Assembly: GCA_002633005.1 (NCBI GenBank)
Contig: NMRA01000567.1
Coordinates: 6,954-70,953 of the forward strand
DNA length: 64,000 nt
DNA from: Phoronis australis
Lineage: Eukaryota; Animalia; Phoronida
Reading direction: 5' to 3'
Shown: positions 39,253-51,906 of the stretch, in pieces
Layout: each line of letters opens with the position of its first letter
How positions within the stretch are numbered: position 1 is the first letter of the stretch
The notes under the pieces: model-generated
Database searches by the model: none
What the model saw: only the letters and a program-made list of their open reading frames with translations
What the model was told of the DNA's origin: nothing
Translations under genes and position numbers: made by a program

Positions 39253-40139
39253 GTTTTGGAATGACAACACCAAGAACTGTGGCAGGAAAAGTGTGTCTTA
39301 TATTGTACGGATTCCTCGGATGCGCTGGCGCCATTTTGTTTTTCAACCTTTTTTTAGAACGTATCATCACATTCCTGGCATACATTTTACGTTCTTTACA
39401 CGAACGGGAGTTAAGGAGAAAGGGTTTACTGGCGCCAAGGGACGGGCGAAGAGGTTCCCATACTTCCGAGGAGAGTTTGGACGACTGGAAACCCTCAGTT
39501 TATTGGGTGATGTTGATATTATTCATTTCCGCCGTTGTCATAGCGTGTTGCGCATCGGCCATGTATAGTCCCGTTGAAGAAGAAATGACTTATTTCGACG
39601 CGTTTTATTTTAGTTTTGTTGCATTTGCCACTATCGGTTTTGGAGATTACATCGTCAGTCAACACGACTCTTATAAGAACACGAATGCTCACCTCTACCG
39701 GATGGGGAATTTCATTTTTATCGTGTTAGGGTGTTGCTGTGTGTACAGTTTGTTTAACGTTACTTCTATTGTGATAAAACAGTTTCTGAACTGGCTAATA
39801 CGGCGCATGGATTGTCGCTGTTGTTACAAAAAGAAGCCAGTCGTCAGAAGGAATGCAATAACGCCCGGAAGCAACCTAGCCAAGTCGCGATCGCGAAGTT
39901 TGGATCTCGCCGAGATCGACTCTACCTACGATAGTGACCCGGAGAGACGAGGCTCCGGAGAAATGATCTCAATGACCGACTTTTTGAAGTCAAACAAAAT
40001 CACCCTCGCCATGATGCAGAAACAGCTGCATGAGTCAGCCAACCGTCAACAGACCTCCCAACAAAACGGAAGCGGATTTCAGGGAGGCTGTGGGCCGCTA
40101 GCCATCTTAAATAAAAAGTTGGGACAAGACGAGGTTTGA
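39253..40139 (+). CDS. KCNK13: THIK-subfamily K2P channel, coding exon 2 (end of P1, M2, M3, P2, M4, C-terminus)
   Basis: Polypyrimidine tract and acceptor TTTCTTCTGTTTTGTAG| at 39252 restore G-F-G-M-T-T-P in phase with exon 1. Contains ILFFNLFLERIIT, WKPSVYWVML, FVAFATIGFGDYI (P2), YRMGNF, CVYSLFNVTSIVIKQ (M4) and the THIK C-terminal GEMISM..NKITLAMMQKQL motif. Stop TGA at 40137-40139. Joined CDS is 1221 nt, 406 aa. Confidence 0.95.
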
Positions 40140-42122
40140 TAGAGATACGATCATTTAAAAAACATATCAATTGGCATAGCAGTATCTAATGGAAAGAAGC
40201 CATCTCTCGGTTTTGACACATGCAGACGCGGTCGAATTCAGCTTCGGTCGGTCGCCAAAATATCGAAAACTCGTCCTTACGTTCAGTTTGTTGTTCGCTT
40301 TGTCTTTCATTAATTTTCTTCGTTTTTTACGAGTTATGGAGTTGAACGAAATCTGTTTATACTTAAACTCACACGTTCATCGAGTGGGCGATCTTTTTCG
40401 AAGATGATAATCGGTACCGTAATCACGAATAAGAATGCCAGTGTTGCTCATGCCTGGCGAAAAACCGAGAGTTGCTTTCCCATTGCCGGCAATTTTTTGT
40501 ACACTGAATTCTGCTCAACACCAAGACATCTCTCGCATTTTGCAAGAGCTGTGGTTCCATCCTACAATGTGTAGTACATACTAAGACGTTATGTACGCTT
40601 TAAGTTGTCGCTAACAATCATACTGGCGAAAAATGTGTACGACTTAGGTAAGTCAAAATCCCTATCCATTTGTCAGTGTAACGCCTCAGACTTAAGCGAA
40701 TTAAGACCTACAGCTGGCAAAATACAGTTTAACCTGAATTTGCCGTAAAAAAGGAATCTTGATTTTCAAAAGCAATAACCAATATTTAGTTCGACAGATA
40801 TAAAAGAGCGTAGGTCACGTGATCAATTACTACATTCACCATGTTACGAGACAGCTGATGAGGGGAGATAATTTGTATGTTTTGAAAAGATTTCTGAACG
40901 CTTTGATTCGTGTAAAAGTAAAAATAAGGGGGTCGAACTGTCTATTGAAGAAAACAATAGCACTCTTTCAGTTAAATATATCCTTTAGAACCAGGTTATT
41001 CTAACATTCCCTTGTTTATTTGGTCACGAAATATTCATTTTACATTCTTTTTATATCTGGAACCAAACGCTTTCTGGTGGAAAACAAGGTGGTTTTTGAT
41101 ATGCCAGGTTTTAAGGGGAAAGACAAGATGTAGGAAGTGCTGCAAACGTTGCGATGAAACTCAATCGCAGGCCTATACAGTGGTCTCGTACATATTATAT
41201 AGTCTAACGTTTCCTGTCAAGTTACCTAGTGGCACCTACATTCTGAAAACTAAATGAAGGGCATAAATCCAACGATTTGAGAGGATCAGCTGAGGGACGC
41301 TGATTATCAGGATAATTGAAAAACATCCCGACTGGTTATAAGGTGACTGAAGGGAATTACGTTAGCTAGCACAAATTACTATGTCGCACGTGAAGACTGA
41401 AAATGATTATCATGATTACTTTTGGGGGCTATTGCATCTCTTCAAATTATGGTTAAATTCGTGTATAGCATAAATGGATTTATAGATGCTTAGAAACGTT
41501 TAGACAATCAAATAGAGAATAACGGGCGCAAAAAGTAGGAATTTAGATAAAATATACCGCGTGCTTTAATGACATAAATTACAGTTTACAGATTGTAATG
41601 TATCTTTTTATTGACTTAGAAGTGGCGAGTGAATAGAATACCGTAGCTTAACAGTGTGATGCTCACGATTTGGCTGCATCGTAGAATGGGCAAAGCGAAA
41701 CAAGGATGGTACTGATGTGAATGTCATGGGAACCTTCGTTTATTACTAAGGAAATATGTTCATAACTTCAGTAGTGTAATGCCTAGAGCGTCTTCTGTTG
41801 ACCTTGTGCAGAAATTAACAACAGGCTTGTGGATCATCTAGAATAAAAGCATACAGTAGAAAATCTTAAGTCAAATAAATAAAACTACCAGAGTCGAAGC
41901 CGTTAGTAAGCGTATAAACTTTTTGTTACAGATGATGAGCTAAAATTCTCATCATTTATTCAGTTTTACAGGCTTTTTGCAGAATTATTTAGTAATTGAA
42001 TTTTAATGGCTTATTCCATCAAGTGACGTCATCGAAATCCAATTTATCACGCCTTATCACCGTGATGAAAATTGACAATTGGAGATAGTGTAACAGACTA
42101 GCTAGTAATTAAGAAATAATGA

Positions 42123-42767
42123 CTAGGAATGCATTGACCAAATGAAAGCATGGTCTATTAAAATAGTGTTTTCTTTCATCAGCGCACTATTTTCTAAAAG
42201 CTGGGTTTTATGGTTTCCCGCTTGCAAATTTTGAATTAATTTTTGCCATTTGATGTTGTCAGAGTAGATAAACGACCACGTCGCGTTCTGACGCCGTAAT
42301 CTGCGTATATTCATGAGTTGGGTCGTTATTGATTGATGTACCGGTATATCAAAATGAGTCATGTAAACATTGGCAGAGGTTCTCTTGTAGTCCCCCACGC
42401 ACGCCTCGATACTGAATGCATGCAGCCGTATAGCCTCTGTGACATTTCCGAAACCAAATACATGTATTCCTGGCTGACCGAGTAACAGAAGTCCATTCGG
42501 AACATCGAGTATTTTCGTAGCCCATAACGTTAAATCCTCGTGAGAGACCGTCCAGAGTTGCCACTGGGACAACTCCGGAGGGTCTGGTATCACAGATCTA
42601 TTCGGCTGATTAAATTTTATTGCCCGTGAAGCCGATGGTTTGGTGATAAGAGCTGCCTGAAGAAACATGACTTGCATTATCTCAATTTGTGACAACGCAT
42701 GACTGGACAAAGCGTTTTCGATGTAGATAGGCCTGCATTGTGGAGCGTGAGACCCCTGAGGTTCCAG
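42123..42767 (-). CDS. Unassigned 214-codon open reading frame antisense to the region downstream of THIK; possibly viral or TE cargo, possibly a pseudogene
   Basis: Stop-free from 42767 to the TAG at 42123-42125 with protein-like composition; the longest non-THIK frame in the window. No early ATG, in-frame stops upstream, and no motif I recognise. Confidence 0.35.
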   Translation of the reverse strand: MEPQGSHAPQCRPIYIENALSSHALSQIEIMQVMFLQAALITKPSASRAIKFNQPNRSVIPDPPELSQWQLWTVSHEDLTLWATKILDVPNGLLLLGQPGIHVFGFGNVTEAIRLHAFSIEACVGDYKRTSANVYMTHFDIPVHQSITTQLMNIRRLRRQNATWSFIYSDNIKWQKLIQNLQAGNHKTQLLENSALMKENTILIDHAFIWSMHS

Positions 42768-42866
42768 TCAAGTCCTCACTACAATTCCACGTTATGCTCA
42801 AATTATCTCTCGGAGGTGTTTCACATCTGCGTATGTGAGAACTTCAATCGTAACATCAAGTTATAT

Positions 42867-42937
42867 CATGGGCGGCGCATCACAAGGAGGCTACGGGGGC
42901 TTCAGCCCCCACTTTTTTCGGTTCCGCGCCGCCCATG
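42867..42937. mobile_element. 71-bp hAT5-like micro-MITE
   Basis: 12-bp perfect TIR CATGGGCGGCGC / GCGCCGCCCATG; flanks TATAT and TATAC. Confidence 0.75.
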
Positions 42938-45900
42938 TATACGGCAATGAAAATGGACCGGGATACCCATGTTATAATAAGCGTAAACAAGAGTTTGACA
43001 ACTGGGACAAACTGTAGGCCTACGTCGCGTAGCCGCTATAGCTACAACCTTTGGGACCTGCTAAGCTGAAGCCATGATCTTTACCGTCTCTTGACCAAAT
43101 CACTTTGTTGTTCGCAGATAGATATGAAACAAACCGACCTTTGAGAGCAACCTAAATACAGGTACCTCGGGTATTTCTGTAGCCTCAAATTATCCCGAGG
43201 TGTTTCATATTTGCGCATGTGCGAAATCTAATATTTACAATGGGGGAGCGTGGCCGAGGCCCAGCTATAATCATAGCTATCCATTATGCCAAAAAAGCTA
43301 CAGCGGGGAGACTCGCCACCTCGTCATCACAAGGATCTCTTAAAAGTCGTAACGACCGGGGGGGGGGGGGAATTCGAAAATTGTGGCGAAACGGGATGAA
43401 GGACTACGGTTACATCCGCCACAATAAATAACTGACAAACGGATGTCAAAAGAAACATTATATAACTTCTCAAAATCTCTCTCTGTCTCTGTGCAGCATA
43501 TGAGAGTACTTTTCACACACGTTGTAGTGATGCGCCTAGGCAAATATATATTGTTTGCTCATTTTGATATATCCATAACATGTGGCGCAGGTTTAGGTTA
43601 ATTCCTAACACGTGTTGTCTCATAATTAATTGAGTCTTGTCTGTTGCTCTTGATATGAATTATGGATAGTGGTGAACAGTAACAATCAAATTTCAACAGG
43701 TAAATAACGGTAGAAACCTCTGACCTTTCACTACAAACATGTACAAGCTTGGGGTTCCTACCGACAGAAAAACGCGAAGGGTATTCTATAGTTCCTACGG
43801 TACGCTCACCATCAAAGGTATACGGTATGACTTTACTATACTGATCTGCATAGAAATCCATGATTAGGGGGTAGTGCGATGAACAGGGAACACCACACAT
43901 CATATTTGGAGTCTAGATAGAAATAGAAGTTTGCATAATGGCCTTAAAAACTGTTTTCTGTATCTCGCCATTTCATCGTCACATGATCCCATCACGTGTT
44001 CAAAAACGTACCAAAAGCACATAAGTCAAGAACATACTTTCCTAGTGTTTTATTCAAATCAACTACAGTTCATAACAAAGTAAAAACTCTTGCCCACAAA
44101 TTGCGTGCGTTTGAAACTGTAACGTACTTTATACTGTCGAATGCTGAATTGCCAGATTTAGGGGATACATGTGGCTTCACACTAAAAGACTAAAAATGTG
44201 AAAACATGATTGGAGACCATTGCGATAACCATTTTATGCTGTTATATGTCATCAATTATACATGGGAGAACTCATTTCTCATCTAAGGTTAAGTTAATAA
44301 TTCATTCATTCTACGGTGCCACCGCTCGCTCCATTTATCAATGCGCAAGTACTCTCTGCAGAGAAGCTGAAAGTTATAGTGCTACAAGAGAACAATGAAC
44401 TTGGTCTGGGCAACGGTAAAACGTTGATGCAAATTTCCAAAAGTCGAAGTCCAAAATTGTTTTGGACAGTCAATGACGAACGAAACGACCATCGAAGGTC
44501 TAATATATTCCGGAGCGATGATTAATCCTAATATGTTGCTAAATTTCCTACACGGCTTTGTGTGGTTCCATTTTAAGAAGGTTCCAGGAATTTAAAGGTG
44601 TTCCTTGTGATGCTTTTCTTAGCTTGATTGACAACATCCTCTAAGTAATTAGCCGATTGTAAGTTACTATGGTTTAACAAGTGTTATGCATGTATCTGAG
44701 GGTAACAATTAAAGCACTAAATTAGGTCATTCACGGGTTCACTTTACTGTCATCAGATATTGATTTCTTCTACAGCACTGCCAGAAACCATGTGCGGTGT
44801 ACTTTGCTAGTATTGAGATAATGAATTTTTGTATACGGCAGACTATTATTTTTATCATGGAATTGGTCGATTAAAAGATAATGTTAACTGAAAACATCAA
44901 GTGAACAAACACGTAATCAGTAGCTGCGTATGTAGCATAAACATAGACACGACAAGTGAGAGCTGAAAAAGCTGATTCACGAGACAATAGCTGATTTTAT
45001 TAGCCGTGCCATATTGAAATTGACTTTCCTGCCAGACGGTGGACGACGTTCAGCGCCACCTACATATCCCATGAAACGCGGACGGGAAGTTTCAACCCAC
45101 TGGTATAAACATAGTTTTAACACATTTCCTGCTATCATTAGGCCGCTAAATTTACGCTGCTGTGCAGTGTGATGTACTAATGACTTACGGAAATAAGGCA
45201 AACGCCTTGAAATATCCATGGATGTTCCATACATCTCCCATTGCGAAGAAGAATCTGCAGCTGCGACCTCAGTCGCGCTGCAATTGATAAAGAGGGAGAA
45301 TTTCGATCCCAGCCCGGCGATGTCAAAAAACTAAATTAAATAAATGAAATTAGCTTTAAACAAACAATGGGAGGAGCCGACAGCGGGATTTATTCTTCTG
45401 TTGTCAAATTAATGAACCGCTGTGTAGTGATTGAATTTCTGTCCACCAAATCAGTCGGGATCAAGCGGAAGTTGGTTTCGCGCTCTCATTATTCTAGAGA
45501 GCGCCAACGTGAAAAGTCCGTGTGTATCAATGGACATCAGGTCACATACCGATCACCGTTTGAGTGTAACCTCGGGTTCGACTGTAGCCTCAAGTGAGAC
45601 ATTAGTTGGGAGATGAAACTGTTCGCAATACGTCCCTACGAGACGCAATACTCAAGTAAATCTCAAATATCTGAATAGACACATAATACCACCATGCAGA
45701 CAATATTTTATTAAGTAATACACAGGTGAATCAAATTAAGTACTGGTGAGCAACAAGCCAGGGACAAACCAATCCCAGAGGCAATTGATTTTCCTTCTCC
45801 ATCAACTTATTCCACGTGCCGAAGTAAATAATGCCAGTAAATGACAGATAATGACTGACAATAATGCTGTACTTGTACAAAGTTAATATTTGCCGAGCCA

Positions 45901-47150
45901 CGGTAGTGGCATTAAACATGCCAAGGTGTAACAATTCGTGATGGATGTAAATAATAACTCTACATGTAGCATTTGTTGGTACTTGGGAAATATTGATAAG
46001 CTAAACGAACTGGTAGACTTTATCGATGGTAACTGCAACTACTAATTTACTATTTGCCAAACCCATTAGCCCTCGAGTCGTATGACTTAATTGTACTCGT
46101 CAATAATTTGCTGGCATATATTCTAGTTCAATGCATTTTATCACACCTACATTTCTGATACAAAATACTGCTAGGTTGGCTGTGCAGGAATAGTCTGTGT
46201 GGGAATTGAAAATACAACTTTTGCAAGACAGTAGAACCCCCGGAGAGTACTGGGGACGTAGGAGAGGGGGTTGCTATGATACCCAGCCTATTAGACTTTG
46301 AACTCGAAAAAAGGACCCGTTTGTTTAATTGTAGGGTGCTTTCACAAAAATCACCCATTGACCACCCCTTTGCAGTGTTAATTCCATGAACCTAGCTCTT
46401 TCATGTGACTCCACACTGCAACTAGTTGGCCCTATATGTTGTTGATATATCCCGAAAACGCCGGGGTGTGCATGGCAAACCAGTGTTCATCCGTCCTCAG
46501 GAACCGCGACAGCGTTCATTTCTTACATATTTCTGCTCGTGGCAAGGGAGTACTGTCCGTAAAAATGTAGTTGGCCAAAAAACGAAATGTGTTCAAAAAT
46601 TAAACTGGTTATTGAAAAAAGAAAGGTGTTTATAAGAAAAACAACCGCTGTGCGCCAGAAAAAAGCTAGTGAGAAAAAATGTTAAGGGAACGCCCTGCAG
46701 TTCGAGAAAAAAGGAATGTTACCTATCCTGATATCATAATGAAACAAGACTACTTCATTTCCACTCAATGGGTTCGAGAGAGCATAATCTCGCAGTGTGG
46801 TCACTTCTTAACCCAGAAATTGAACTCTTTCCTTTGCGAGGATTTGAAAACTACATGACACAGTTTAGGACCCGACAGTGTAGTTTTTTCATGTAGGTAC
46901 TTCATGTACCTTAAGATATCACTCGTCAGGTGTGTCATATCTAAATTTAATTTGGTGTTCTATTTTAACGCGTTTTTAAAAGTTGCGTGAAGGGGTACAC
47001 ACTGGGCCCGTTGTACGGTTGTGTTTAGTGTTGAAAGTGACTTTCATTAGGTATTTCATTTTGTACTTTATTTTTGTAATTTGCGTTGACGTTAATTAGA
47101 ATCTGCTATATTAATCATGTCTTATAGTGTCAACGAGTGTGATATGAAAT

Positions 47151-47340
47151 TGTACATATTGACTATGTAAATATTTGCAGTTTTCACTAACTGTATAAAT
47201 ATGCAATGCTGGGGCTAAGTCTATGCTATCTGAATTTTTACTACGGTTGTACGGAATTGACGTTTCTTTTATGATTGCGAAGACTCTGAATAAATATTAT
47301 GGTGTGAAGGATTGAAGGAGACTTTGTTTTTTTTTTGAAT
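47151..47340 (+). terminator. Candidate distal polyadenylation region of THIK, with paired Pumilio elements
   Basis: TGTACATA (47151) and TGTAAATA (47166), AATAAA at 47289-47294, then a GT/T-rich tract (ACTTTGTTTTTTTTTTG, ~47321-47337). Alternative AATAAA signals at 41842 and ~41875. Confidence 0.4.
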
Positions 47341-48586
47341 GAGCACAGAAGTGTTGTATAGAAAGTTGTTACCTCTGGGTAACGAAGTGTGCTCGTCCGT
47401 GCATGAACGCAGTGGTTTTAGCAGTCACTGCAATTTAAATGCTAACAACCACCATACTTCAAAATTCTATGGCTATTAAGACTATAGCCTTTAAGAACGG
47501 ATGAGAACGTTTCCCAGTGATTCCTAACCATCCCAAGAGATTGCCAACGATTAAAATCATTTGTCCAAACTTAGAACAATTTGGTATTTCTGTCGTAGAT
47601 TCACATGCTAAGTCGTCATCAGCGATCGCTGCTGGCGAACCTCAAGAACTCAAAACCACCTTATTAAACGTTTTAAAGTGTTTCTGAGAAATATTTACAC
47701 CAGAATTGTCAAACAAGAAAACGTCATTATTCATTACTTTGTCCAGTTGGTCAGCACTTATTTCACAGTGATTGGCACAGCAGGCGCCATGTAATTGTAA
47801 TTGATTTACTTGCATGCAAGACGGTAGTGATCATAATTAGATTAAAAATATCTCAATAATTAATGATTGACATGATGTTGACGTAATAACACAAATACTA
47901 ATTAATAACATGTCAAAGCTTGCAAAACAAGAGGCGAAGAACGGTAACAGGAGAATTACGTGTGCCGTGACATTTAATCAAGATCACGTCAATAAGTGAA
48001 CATGAACTAGAACTGCCATTAACAACAACAGCCAAGTCTAAGATATTGTCGTTGTTTAACGCCTGTGCGTTGATTGGATTTTAAAGACTTAAGGATGTTT
48101 ATTCAATGAAGGTGCTTACTACCAAACGCACATTTTCGAAAGGGTTTTCCTATAAGCTTTTATTAGTGTGTTACAAACACACAACTTAGTTGAACATTTT
48201 GTTAAATGGATATACCTTAGGGGCGTTTGATCGAGAGAGGCGTTTGTTTGCGGCCGCGGTGTAGCTGGTGGATCTGCTACGATATAACAACGAGGCGGTT
48301 TTCGGACGATCTCCGCGTAACCCCCAAAATGTTTTGGTCGTGTCCGCAGGCTATTTTGATGAGAACAGAGTCAAAGCGCACGTTTTGGTGAAACGGTGCT
48401 CATGGGCTGCGCGCGAAAAACTTTGGTTGGTGAGGCTTAGATTTTTTGGGTACAAACTTATGCGACAAGAACTGTAAAAAAATTAAAAACTTGGAATTAT
48501 GTCTACGATGTCCTAAGTTTTATTCATAAATTTGAACATCCCTGTTCACATAGGAAAATGTTAAATTCCACAATTATTTAAATTAA

Positions 48587-49026
48587 AGTCACATTATCGG
48601 CTTGATGACAAAAGTGATTTTCTGAGATCAGTCCAAGCGTAGATTTTAAACCAGTGGAACCTTCGCGGTCGCAGTCACGCGCTCTGCTGGGAGAAGCTAA
48701 ATCCCGCTCAATGGTGGTTTTGGAGATCAGCTCCAGCGCGGATTCGAACCTGAAACATTCGCGGTCGCACTCAAATGCTACGCTGGGGAGCTAATACTCA
48801 AGAAATGGCGGAAATTTTAGCAGCATAAAAACTGGTAAAGTGACCGAACTTGATTTCAGAGAATGTTTGGTAGATAACGGCGAGAACTGGCGATTTTATA
48901 ATGGAACCACAAAAACATAACGGATATTATTGATTTCTAGCTCAGGTGAAAGCTAATGACTTCAAAAAAATCTAACCACAATTATCCCCAAAATGCATTC
49001 TCAGTCGTAAAAAGAGTTATGTCCCT
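48587..49026. mobile_element. TTAA (Kolobok-type) MITE carrying two tandem tRNA-like cassettes on the - strand
   Basis: TTAA|AGTCACATTA...TTATGTCCCT|CTAA. Cassettes at ~48612-48706 and ~48720-48800 contain TAGCT (A-box-like); the second has a perfect B box, GGTTCGAATCC. Confidence 0.5.
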
Positions 49027-50961
49027 CTAACACATACCAATTCCAGTTCGAATGACAAAACTCTCGCATAACATAGGTGGTGTTTTTCATAACGAAGCAA
49101 GAAAAATAATAAATTTAAAGCAGTAACTTGAGGGCAAAGGAGACTGTCGTCTGAAGTTATGCATGAACTTTAATCTTATTCCGTTCTTCAAAGACCAACG
49201 CTTGTTTGCAGCACAAACTAAAGTTCATTTACAATCTACTGAAAACCATTAAGGCAATTTACTCACTCGCAATTTAAAATGTTGTCATTAGTCATTATGG
49301 TAAAATGGTTTAATGAGTTATGGTGTTGAGCAAGGCGTGTGCCTTTTTCTCGATCTAGTTACAGAATTGACCGTCTGAAACAAATGGAAAGCAGTTTTCA
49401 TAGCACGTCGTGACAAAATCCACAGTCATGTCAAGCAACAGTCAACATTAATAAACTGTACATTAAGCAACCAATTCATATCATTGTGTTGAGGGAACTG
49501 TAATTTACCTTCAAAATGTAATCATAATACCCCTGGGACATCGCCGAGTGTACTACAGTGTGCCAGCTGTTCTCGGGGACACAGAACTGACGACGTCTAT
49601 GAAAAGGTCAAAAACTTATTCGCTGCTCTCTGTAGCACTAACCCATCAGTGTCTGTGGCCACTGAATAGCTGGCAACAGCTAGAATGCACCCAATGTAAA
49701 TTCCCACCATCAAGGTTTTTGAACATATATCAATCACATGCACAAGTCCAAACACATAAATATGCATATTTCAAATAAGTACAAATAATAATTCATACAT
49801 ATTTCGCACCGACATTCACTCATCACATTCACACAGCACGGGTTACTTGTCGTAGACAATATTTTAAAGCTTATTTAGAACTCTAGAAAGATGTCCAAAT
49901 CTGGCCAACTTCAGAACACCATATTTCAAAACTGGGTGGTCGTATTCATATAAAACTTACTGATACTGTGTTTTGTGCACTGCTCTCCAACGCTCTAAGG
50001 GGCTGTTTTTAAAAATGTTCCATTTTTGTATGAGGGTCTATCAAAAACGTCCTTATATAGCAAAACAACGGTATCAAAATATCACCAAATTTTATTTGAT
50101 ACAGATGTTCAATATAAAATATCAAGAACTCTCTCACACTTTTCTAAAATATCGCATAGTTATCATTGCACGCAACTTTTTTTCATAAAATACGTCCTAC
50201 TTTTTGATAGCTCCTCAAGCAAAAAGGCTCATTTTAAAACAAATTCCTTAATAGCGTTTTGGAGAACAGTATAAGGCATACTTGAAAGTTCCACGTGAAT
50301 TTAGGCGATCCCTCAGCCACTTCTAGGGTACGATTTTCCTAAGTTATCCAAATTTTGGGCATTTTTCTGTGATAGTACTAAATCATAAGTTCCAAATATT
50401 ACTGTTTCTTCATCTAATGCCACGTTCTCATTATCGGGGAAGCACCATCTACCAACACTGGTCTAAAATGAGCTTTTAAAAGAGCCAGTAACATAATGGG
50501 TTTTCACTACAAAATGTACACGATGGTGACATAAGATCCCAACTTTAGAATGACATTAGTAACGTTCCCATGTATTTCAGAATCTCAGAAATTTCGCAGG
50601 AACATATTTTCAAGAATTACTGTATATTTCCAATAACATGTTGTGTCCCCACGCGGGCGAGTCCTAGCAACGACTGTAGTCCTTTGTCACACATCCGATT
50701 ATATGTAGTTAATTGGTTGCGTAACTGTCAGAACACTGCCGGGCTGAAATACTGGCATTGGTCCAGAGCAGTGCAGTTAGACTGGGAATTTTAACTGAGT
50801 TATCAGAAGTCCTCTCATGACTAAATTTTCCCGGAATTAACTCCTGCCTTTAACTACTACTATTACGTTCGAGATCCTGCGAAATTTGGTGGAACTCGTA
50901 ATCCCAGCAAATTTATGTCCCAGTAGCAAAATTTAACTGAAAAATGCAGGGATTATTTCAA

Positions 50962-51276
50962 GGGTTATTCACATGGGAACGGATCAATTAGAAAAGTGAT
51001 ATTCTGAGAACTTGGGCCCCAGTGGAATCGAACCTGAACTCGCGATCGCACCCAAGTGATCTGATGGCGGACCTGCATAGTAAATCCCACTCGACAAATG
51101 GCAGTGCATGAAGTGTATTCAACTGCTCGAGTTGTCGCCCTTGATGTCGATGAATGCCTGAAAGCCAATGGCAAAAACTGGTGATTTGTCATAAAATCAA
51201 AATTATGTTCATGATCCTATACAACATAAAGCCCCGAAATGTATTTACGACCTTAAATTAAAAACGATGAAAACCC
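50962..51276. mobile_element. TTAA-type MITE with a tRNA-like cassette
   Basis: TCAA|GGGTTATTCA...TGAAAACCC|TTAA. On the - strand, GGTTCGATTCC is followed by CTCAGAATATCACTTTT. Confidence 0.5.
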
Positions 51277-51906
51277 TTAAGCAGGTAAAAACTTGTTCTA
51301 ATGATAATATAATATGAACTAGTCGAAATTGGAATTGTCAGTTTTACATCCTCGGGAAAGTGTATTATTCAATAAATTGTACTTTCCTTACAAAATTCAG
51401 AGCATTTCTATAATGTGTAACAGATACAAATACGGACAATATGTACTAGCAGTTTGAGACAGCTGCACAAACGGAACATTGACGAACCATCAGAAACAGA
51501 TGATTCAATTTTCATAGCACTGGGTTCGGGGGTACCTTGACCGCAACACACGACGGCTCGCAAATACACGTACATGTAGTTCCGAGATGGATAACAGCCA
51601 AGTAGCTGAACCAAAGATACTAACTATAACCATTGGCTTAACTATCCGAATCCTCAGAAATGTTGTGATCATAGGGGGAAATGAAAATTTATTACTCCGA
51701 GACGACTTATAACCAGTGAATTGACGATCAGTGTCTACAGTCTCTACAGTCTCTACTAGGTTGTTTACACGCCTGACACCTCCCCCATGCCATTGTTTGA
51801 CTTATTATGAATTTTGATAAACGAATTGTAACACAGTGGCTAATTCAGAGGTGAATTGTAACCTGAGAAGATTCTCTCAATACAATCTAATAAACGTTAT
51901 TTTCTT

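Noticed and set aside
48612-48800. Functional tRNA genes
   Set aside because: Acceptor stems do not pair and D arms are degenerate; kept only as tRNA-like cassettes.
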